From NCBI GenBank assembly GCA_011364925.1, contig RDOA01000004.1, forward strand, positions 13,011-77,010: DNA of 64,000 nt. The letters are read 5' to 3'. This document shows positions 58,356-64,000 of this stretch, piece after piece. The notes under the pieces are model-generated. The model ran no database searches and was not told the DNA's origin. It worked only from the letters and a program-made list of their open reading frames with translations. The translations under genes were made by a program, and so were the position numbers. Every line of letters starts with the position of its first letter. Positions within the stretch are counted from its first letter, which is position 1. The DNA comes from Promethearchaeota archaeon. GTDB taxonomy: Archaea; Asgardarchaeota; Lokiarchaeia; Sigyniarchaeales; SOKP01.

Positions 58356-59357
58356 ATGCTAACAAAAACTTATAAACGCGTTATCCTAGTTATTTTTGAT
58401 GTTTTATTTAGCGCATATATTTGGAATGTAAATGCCTCGTGGGGAAATACATTTGAAACTTGTTTAATTTTATCAACTACGACATTTTTAATTATATACA
58501 CGCCATTTGAGATATATTGGAGTTTTAGAGACATATATTTCGACAGATGGGCTGTAATAAAATTAAACTCGATAGAAACTATTAAAATAAAGATAGATGT
58601 TGGTGAAAACAAAAGAGGAAAGAATAGAAAACTGGTAGGCCTTTTAATTACTTCAAACAATAAGGAGTTCGTTGATTCTAAAAACACTTTAGTTGTTATC
58701 TGCCATGGATTTTCAGATTCAAAAGAAACTCTTCAATATTATTACATTCCACTTGCGCTTCAAGGATATACAATTTTAACATATGACGCTCGAGGAATGG
58801 GTGAATCGAAAAAAGTTGGAAGGAGAAGTCAATTTCTTAAAAGAATTGAAGATTTTAAAATTATTATTGCATGGATTAAGCAACAAGATCAGTTCAAAAA
58901 TTTTAAAGTAAATGCTGTTGGCTTCAGTATTGGGGCTATCACAGTTCTATGTGGAGGTTTTTCAAACGATTTTATAAAAAAGATCATAGCTATTTCTGCC
59001 ATGTCACACTACAAACAAAATATACCAAAATACAATCCAATCATTATGTTTAGTTACTTACTAAAGGGGGTAAAATTATTTCCAAATAAAGTAGAAAATG
59101 ATAAATTATCCCCTTATTTGGTGATTAAAAACTCTAAATATTCGCTTTCGGAAGAAATTTGGAAAAAACTCTCTGAAAGAGTTTTTCTTATTCATGCTAG
59201 AAACGATAAAGTTATAAAGATTAAAAATTTTGAAGAAAATGTGAATATTCTGAACTTACCAGAACAGAATACTCTCGTGTTGAATGGTGGTGGGCATACT
59301 CAAAAAAAAAATGAACTTTTAATAGTCGCAAGCTCTTTAAAGTTTTTAAATTCGTAA
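58356..59357 (+). CDS. Membrane-anchored alpha/beta hydrolase
   Basis: Two N-terminal TM segments, CHGF, YDARG.GES, GFSIG, H.RND, GGH. Confidence 0.85.
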   Translation: MLTKTYKRVILVIFDVLFSAYIWNVNASWGNTFETCLILSTTTFLIIYTPFEIYWSFRDIYFDRWAVIKLNSIETIKIKIDVGENKRGKNRKLVGLLITSNNKEFVDSKNTLVVICHGFSDSKETLQYYYIPLALQGYTILTYDARGMGESKKVGRRSQFLKRIEDFKIIIAWIKQQDQFKNFKVNAVGFSIGAITVLCGGFSNDFIKKIIAISAMSHYKQNIPKYNPIIMFSYLLKGVKLFPNKVENDKLSPYLVIKNSKYSLSEEIWKKLSERVFLIHARNDKVIKIKNFEENVNILNLPEQNTLVLNGGGHTQKKNELLIVASSLKFLNS

Positions 59358-59438
59358 TTACTTACTTTCAAAATGTTTTAAGGTTGAGTTTAAATAATTT
59401 AGTCTTAAATTATTCTAAATAGTTTCAGGTGAGGATTT

Positions 59439-59624
59439 ATTATAAAATGCCCAATATGTAAAGCTGAAATTAAACTTCAAAATCTTGAGAGTCATTATAA
59501 AATTACTTTGGGTGATATAGTCAATGGTAAGTTTTTGGGTAAAAACACACTATATTACCATAAAAACTGTTTATGTAATAAAACACACTATGATAAACAA
59601 ATAATATCCCCAATTTCAGAATAG
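59439..59624 (+). CDS. Putative 61-aa CxxC...HxxC zinc-finger microprotein with non-canonical start
   Basis: Open frame IIKCPICKAEI...LYYHKNCLCNK...SE*; AGGTGAGG at 59427-59434 followed by ATT/ATA; no in-frame ATG. Confidence 0.4.
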   Translation: MIKCPICKAEIKLQNLESHYKITLGDIVNGKFLGKNTLYYHKNCLCNKTHYDKQIISPISE

Positions 59625-59655
59625 TTAGAAGGATTGATCTATATTATCTGGTTTT

Positions 59656-61104
59656 CTAACCAAAAAAATCGTCCCAATCAGAAAATTCTACGATTTTATT
59701 ATAATTTTCTATTATACTCTTGAATATTACACATCCTATGCAAAAAACATTAACAAAATCCTTTAGTTTTAGACCCAATAACTTGCTATTTTTTTCTGAA
59801 AAACCAACACCTCTGTGAACTTCGATTTTACCATCAAATCCTGATAGATTTACTACAAATTCCTGCTTCTCTAAACCTTTAATAAAACTCCCTCTAGCAA
59901 TTCTTGCTAAACCTCCAATCGGGATTATTTTGTTTTCAGATTGAACTAAATATATCCGTAGATCAAACGTGTGCTTCTCACCTTCCCAATCGATAAGGGA
60001 AAAATCAGCTTTCTCTTGGATTGTGTAAGGAAAGGGTACCCGGTTTCTTGAAAATTTATTATAAAATTCTTCCGTGCTTAAATCCAAGATTTTCTTAATT
60101 CCTTTAACATTTTCACTCTTGAGAATTTGAATTACCCCTGCACCACCAGATCCACCACTTGGTTTTATTATATAGGATTTGTCATATTTCTTTATCAATT
60201 TACTTGCTTTTGAGATTAATTCTTCCTCAGTAAATGCTTTTGTGAATCGTAGATATTTTAAATTATACCTTTTAAGTGTGTTCTTCCTTAAAAAACTAGC
60301 AATATATGTGAGAGATTTATCATCAGTAATTCTGAAAATCGGATTAACAATTATGGTATTAATTTGCCGAAAATCTTTGCAAACTAACTCGTCAAATCTT
60401 TTATTGTGGAATCTCCGCGCTATACCGTCCCCTATCAGGACATTTACAGGCTCATTAAGAAACTTGATCCACGAATTAGAAAAAGATAATGCTTGTCTTA
60501 GCTGACCATAATCTGCTATAATAAATACGACTTTTGCCTTATGATCCTTGTCATAATTATCGAAATTAAAAATTTTTAGTGAAAATCCATCAGATTTAAT
60601 TCTTTTCCTTAAATATTCAACCATTATTACTTTTTCATGAATTAAACCATCATTTATTGGAACTCCTACTAACACCAAGATCTTCCTATGTTCTCTGCTA
60701 TTCTTATTAATTGCCTGAGATATAGCTTCGTAATACCCATCATATAGTAATGATTGCTGCTTTTTAGTAAGTATTGATAGCCCTCTATTCGATCCTCCGT
60801 TCGTTTCAAGAAGATAAAACTTCTTTTTCTTAGGATCTCTATTCACCATAAAATCAATACTTCCTGCATAAAAAGAATATTCGTTATTTACTACATTGTC
60901 ATTACGCTTTGATAATCTTTTAAGAGCCTTTTTTCTTGCGCAATCGATAAATTCATCTTCTTGGGAGGCTCGAAGTTCGGAAAAAGAGATTAAGTCTAAC
61001 CCTAATGATCTACCTAATGGAACTAATTCTAAATCAGACTCAGATATCTCTTTTGACATTAATTTTAAGAATTTAGTTAATAAATTCTCTACCAAGGAAA
61101 CCAC
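59656..61104 (-). CDS. Circularly permuted ATP-grasp ligase
   Basis: SIDF...YLLETNG near the N-terminus; DK, IIKPSGGSGGAGV, TIQE, FDLRIY, GLARIA, VVNLS in the C-terminal half. Confidence 0.75.
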   Translation of the reverse strand: MVSLVENLLTKFLKLMSKEISESDLELVPLGRSLGLDLISFSELRASQEDEFIDCARKKALKRLSKRNDNVVNNEYSFYAGSIDFMVNRDPKKKKFYLLETNGGSNRGLSILTKKQQSLLYDGYYEAISQAINKNSREHRKILVLVGVPINDGLIHEKVIMVEYLRKRIKSDGFSLKIFNFDNYDKDHKAKVVFIIADYGQLRQALSFSNSWIKFLNEPVNVLIGDGIARRFHNKRFDELVCKDFRQINTIIVNPIFRITDDKSLTYIASFLRKNTLKRYNLKYLRFTKAFTEEELISKASKLIKKYDKSYIIKPSGGSGGAGVIQILKSENVKGIKKILDLSTEEFYNKFSRNRVPFPYTIQEKADFSLIDWEGEKHTFDLRIYLVQSENKIIPIGGLARIARGSFIKGLEKQEFVVNLSGFDGKIEVHRGVGFSEKNSKLLGLKLKDFVNVFCIGCVIFKSIIENYNKIVEFSDWDDFFG

Positions 61105-61167
61105 TAAATTGCGGATTTATTAAATAAATCCTCGATTTTCTAATTATTATAATTATCTATTAAATAA

Positions 61168-62373
61168 TTATAAATAAAGATATCCTTGGTGATTACCTTT
61201 AATGCTTAGTCTTAAGCTTCCAAGTAAAATTTTCTTGATTTGTTTTTGTTCTTTAAAATTTAAGTCAGAAAATAAAAGAATGTAGTTCTTTTCTGTGTTT
61301 ATTACGAATAAAAGGCCAATTTTTATAAGTTTAGAATCATTTGTTAATAAAGCAACAATGACATAATGATAAGGGAGGTTTACCAGATTGTTAATATTTA
61401 TCTCTTCTTCTATTATTTTATCATCATCAGCATCATATTCTGCTTTTATAAACTTAATATCATCTAAAGGTATCGATATTTTTCGAAAATTTTCTAATAC
61501 TTTAGCAAATTGGCTCTGACGCAAAAATCTTCGTTCATCTTTATCTTTTTCGTAGAAATACTTATTTTCGTCCTTCAAATATAGTATTTTCCTCTTTTTT
61601 GATTTAGACGCATGTTTTTCAATTTTCTCTAATTCTTCGACTTCATCATCATGAAATATAATTAAGATATCAGGATCAACAGTTTCAATAAAAAAATTCT
61701 TATATACAATCCCTGCCTCAGTTTTTATCCATCCATCACTATCGATAAGAACAACATCCGTGTCTCTATGGTTTGAACGATAATTTTCAATCAATCCTTT
61801 ACAGGAGTGTGCTACAATAAATTTAAAATTAGCTTTAGGGAAAGTACTACCTATAAATACTGTCTCTTCAGTTTCGACATCAGCGCTAGTAATAATTTTA
61901 TCTTTTATTTCTCCAATATTTAATGTTGTTGGAAGGTATAACAATTGTTGTCCTAGATCCGAATCCAAAAATGATGCTTTTAGGCCTTCTTTAAGGATAT
62001 TGTTGGCTAAATACTTTATAAGAGTTGTTTTACCATTACTTAATCCTAATACCATGAGTTTTAGGGGCTTTTTATCTTCGTTTTTTCGAATTACACTAAT
62101 AACAGTGTCCTTAATCTTTTCCCATTCTTTATTTATGGTGTTTTCTTCGATAATTTTAAGGTTGTTTTTATTGTTTGTTAATATTTCTAGCTTTGATGGT
62201 TCTAAAGCATACAGAGGATAGTTATTAGCGCTTGGCACTATTATTACATTTTCATTCTCGAGTTTTTCTGGGATGAATACTTTACCAAAAACCTCTATTT
62301 TTCCCTCTAAAAGTTTAACCCTTGAAGGACCCTTTACTAAGAGAGTGTATTCTTTTTGAACTTCTTGTATCAT
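61168..62373 (-). CDS. Clp1/Nol9/Grc3-family polynucleotide 5'-kinase
   Basis: N-terminal LLVKGP..V.LLEG..EVFG, LGLSNGKTT, DSDLGQ, IDSDGW, ERR..R lid. Confidence 0.85.
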   Translation of the reverse strand: MIQEVQKEYTLLVKGPSRVKLLEGKIEVFGKVFIPEKLENENVIIVPSANNYPLYALEPSKLEILTNNKNNLKIIEENTINKEWEKIKDTVISVIRKNEDKKPLKLMVLGLSNGKTTLIKYLANNILKEGLKASFLDSDLGQQLLYLPTTLNIGEIKDKIITSADVETEETVFIGSTFPKANFKFIVAHSCKGLIENYRSNHRDTDVVLIDSDGWIKTEAGIVYKNFFIETVDPDILIIFHDDEVEELEKIEKHASKSKKRKILYLKDENKYFYEKDKDERRFLRQSQFAKVLENFRKISIPLDDIKFIKAEYDADDDKIIEEEININNLVNLPYHYVIVALLTNDSKLIKIGLLFVINTEKNYILLFSDLNFKEQKQIKKILLGSLRLSIKGNHQGYLYL

Positions 62374-62493
62374 GTATTTCTCAAATCATCCTTTATAAAA
62401 AATAATAACTATTTCTTAACGTACATTTATACTTATTAACTAATAGAAATATACTTTTTCTTTCTGATTTTGAAATTTTTGGTTGTGAATAAT

Positions 62494-63021
62494 TTACTGT
62501 TTAAATTCTTTATAACACGGGATACACATAAGTTGACCTTGATAGTTCATCATGCGGCTCTCCATCGTAAGTTCACCACAAATACTACACGGTACTGATT
62601 CTTCGATTTGCGCCATTCCGGGAGGATCGTATTCTATTTCTCTTATATCAAAAGCACTTTCAGGTTCCATATTGAGAAGTTTTTGAATTTTCTCATCCCT
62701 TGAGAGTTTTTTATCATTTAGTAACGACTTTTTTAGTGACAACCGTATTCCTTTTTGATTTTTTCTACTATAGAAGTTATAATTATTTTTTCCATAATCT
62801 TTATGGATTAAATTACCTTTACCATAAGTTGTACCGAGTAAAGCTTGAAGCGCATCAACGCTACAATTATCTGTTTCGACAACTGCTACTAGTTCTTCGT
62901 CTGGGGAGTGCTCATAACCATGTTCTAACGCATATTTGGCAGCTAAAGCACCAATAGCTACACCTGGGCAAATATGTCCATGAAACATGGTAGCCTTTTT
63001 CATTAACTCTCTTATTTCCAA
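62494..63021 (-). CDS. fwdE: FwdE/FmdE family protein
   Basis: FHGHICPG, ETDNCSVDA.Q, GKGNL, C-terminal CSICGE...CIPC. Confidence 0.88.
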   Translation of the reverse strand: MEIRELMKKATMFHGHICPGVAIGALAAKYALEHGYEHSPDEELVAVVETDNCSVDALQALLGTTYGKGNLIHKDYGKNNYNFYSRKNQKGIRLSLKKSLLNDKKLSRDEKIQKLLNMEPESAFDIREIEYDPPGMAQIEESVPCSICGELTMESRMMNYQGQLMCIPCYKEFKQ

Positions 63022-63105
63022 TTTAAATCAGCATTATGTTTTAGATTTAATAAAAATATCAAATATATTAATTTTTTTAATGACTTAAATATAATTATTA
63101 TAGGT

Positions 63106-63597
63106 ATGAAATTTCTTACAGATGCAATGTTAGGGAAACTTACGCGATTCTTAAGAATTTTTGGTTATGATACGATATATGCAAGTGATCTAGTAGATTT
63201 TTATAATACAAACCCAGTTCCGGATGAAAAATTAAAGGAATATGCTATGCAAAGCAATAGAATAATATTAACTAAAGATTTACCCTTCTATAATAGAAGT
63301 AAAGAAAATACGATATTACTAGAAGGAAAAGGAGTATATAACTATTTATTCCAGCTTCAGCAAAAATTAAATTTAATCTATGAATTTAACGTTGAAAACG
63401 CAAGGTGTTCTGTTTGCAATGCATCGTTAAAGAAGGTTATTGACAAAGAAACAATAAAAAAGTCAGTTAAACACGGTACTTTTAAAACTTATAATGAATT
63501 TTTTCAATGTATTAATCCCAATTGTCAACAAATATTCTGGAATGGACCACATATAGCGGATATAATTAATAATTTAAAACGTAGGAAGGATTACTGA
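63106..63597 (+). CDS. Mut7-C RNase (PIN-like) domain protein
   Basis: F..DAMLGKL.R.LR..GYDT, R.ILTKD, RC..CN, C....C.QIFW.G.H. Confidence 0.88.
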   Translation: MKFLTDAMLGKLTRFLRIFGYDTIYASDLVDFYNTNPVPDEKLKEYAMQSNRIILTKDLPFYNRSKENTILLEGKGVYNYLFQLQQKLNLIYEFNVENARCSVCNASLKKVIDKETIKKSVKHGTFKTYNEFFQCINPNCQQIFWNGPHIADIINNLKRRKDY

Positions 63598-63830
63598 TTA
63601 TTGGTGTTTTTAAAAAATTTCATTTTAATTTCTTCAAATTTTGACTTTACCTTTTCCGCTTCATCTTTTGCTCCACCTTTTTCAAACATTCCATGTGCTT
63701 GAGACAGTAATTCGAGGCATTTCTTATATTCTTTATTCTTGAAATGGTTTTCTGAAAGTTCAACTAAGTAATGACCCTTTTTAACATAAAATTCAATAAA
63801 CTGAGCGGAGGTATCAATTTTTCTACTCAT
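63591..63830 (-). CDS. Small helical-hairpin (TPR-like) hypothetical protein
   Basis: 79-aa amphipathic helices (EYKKCLELLSQA..MFEKGG...EA). Confidence 0.5.
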   Translation of the reverse strand: MSRKIDTSAQFIEFYVKKGHYLVELSENHFKNKEYKKCLELLSQAHGMFEKGGAKDEAEKVKSKFEEIKMKFFKNTNNQ

Positions 63831-63892
63831 AATTAATATGATGATTTTTTTGTATATTTATCTAATAAAGGTAGAGTAAATAAAAATTTGTA

Positions 63893-64000
63893 TTATTCTA
63901 ATTTTCGATAGTCATCCATATTAACAACTTTTCCTTGCAATCGTGATTCATTGGCTGCAAAAGCCATGAGATGGCTTTCTAGACTATCATGAGCGTTCGT
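63893..64000 (-). CDS. C-terminal end of a probable Gfo/Idh/MocA oxidoreductase (partial)
   Basis: Hand translation ...TNAHDSLESHLMAFAANESRLQGKVVNMDDYRKLE*. Confidence 0.55.
   Translation of the reverse strand, partial: TNAHDSLESHLMAFAANESRLQGKVVNMDDYRKLE

Noticed and set aside
924-62957. The many 60-126 aa ORFs overlapping larger genes in the ORF track (e.g. 2230-2427, 13972-14352, 29604-29957, 44953-45330)
   Set aside because: Antisense or off-frame shadows of well-supported genes with no recognisable motifs.
63106-63830. Toxin-antitoxin pair (Mut7-C PIN plus small protein)
   Set aside because: Genes are convergent rather than co-transcribed, and the small protein has no antitoxin-like DNA-binding motif.

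Overview
AT-rich, gene-dense archaeal chromosomal window, most likely from a Lokiarchaeia/Asgard genome. This is inferred from aEF-1beta, RIO2, an Sm-like protein, Clp1, FwdE, Fae and HdrABC occurring together with eukaryote-like proteins (a Rab-like GTPase, a gelsolin-like domain, a PP1/PP2A-type phosphatase). I found no rRNA, tRNA, CRISPR array or mobile element. Main blocks: (1) a two-gene operon with an uncharacterised 428-aa protein and a DapA-family aldolase fused to formaldehyde-activating enzyme, behind a structured leader; (2) flavin and redox-stress genes; (3) a ~12.7 kb hdrC-hdrB-frhB-like-hdrA(split)-mvhD-hdrA-flxDCBA electron-bifurcation cluster; (4) an ABC importer with an atypical binding protein, two ATPases whose defects fall on one composite site, and DUF47; (5) guaA subunit B, msrA, an acyl-CoA ligase, a small GTPase and aEF-1beta; (6) mutS and mutL separated by a GT87 gene; (7) a POR operon interrupted by a 4-PAS histidine kinase; (8) a gelsolin-like domain fused to four membrane helices, RIO2, Sm, a PPP phosphatase, an orphan adenine methyltransferase, a circularly permuted ATP-grasp ligase and Clp1. 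The best candidates for new biology are the aldolase-Fae operon, the membrane-anchored gelsolin-like protein, the asymmetric ABC importer and the permuted TTL-like ATP-grasp ligase. All assignments come from motif recognition by eye; no searches were run.
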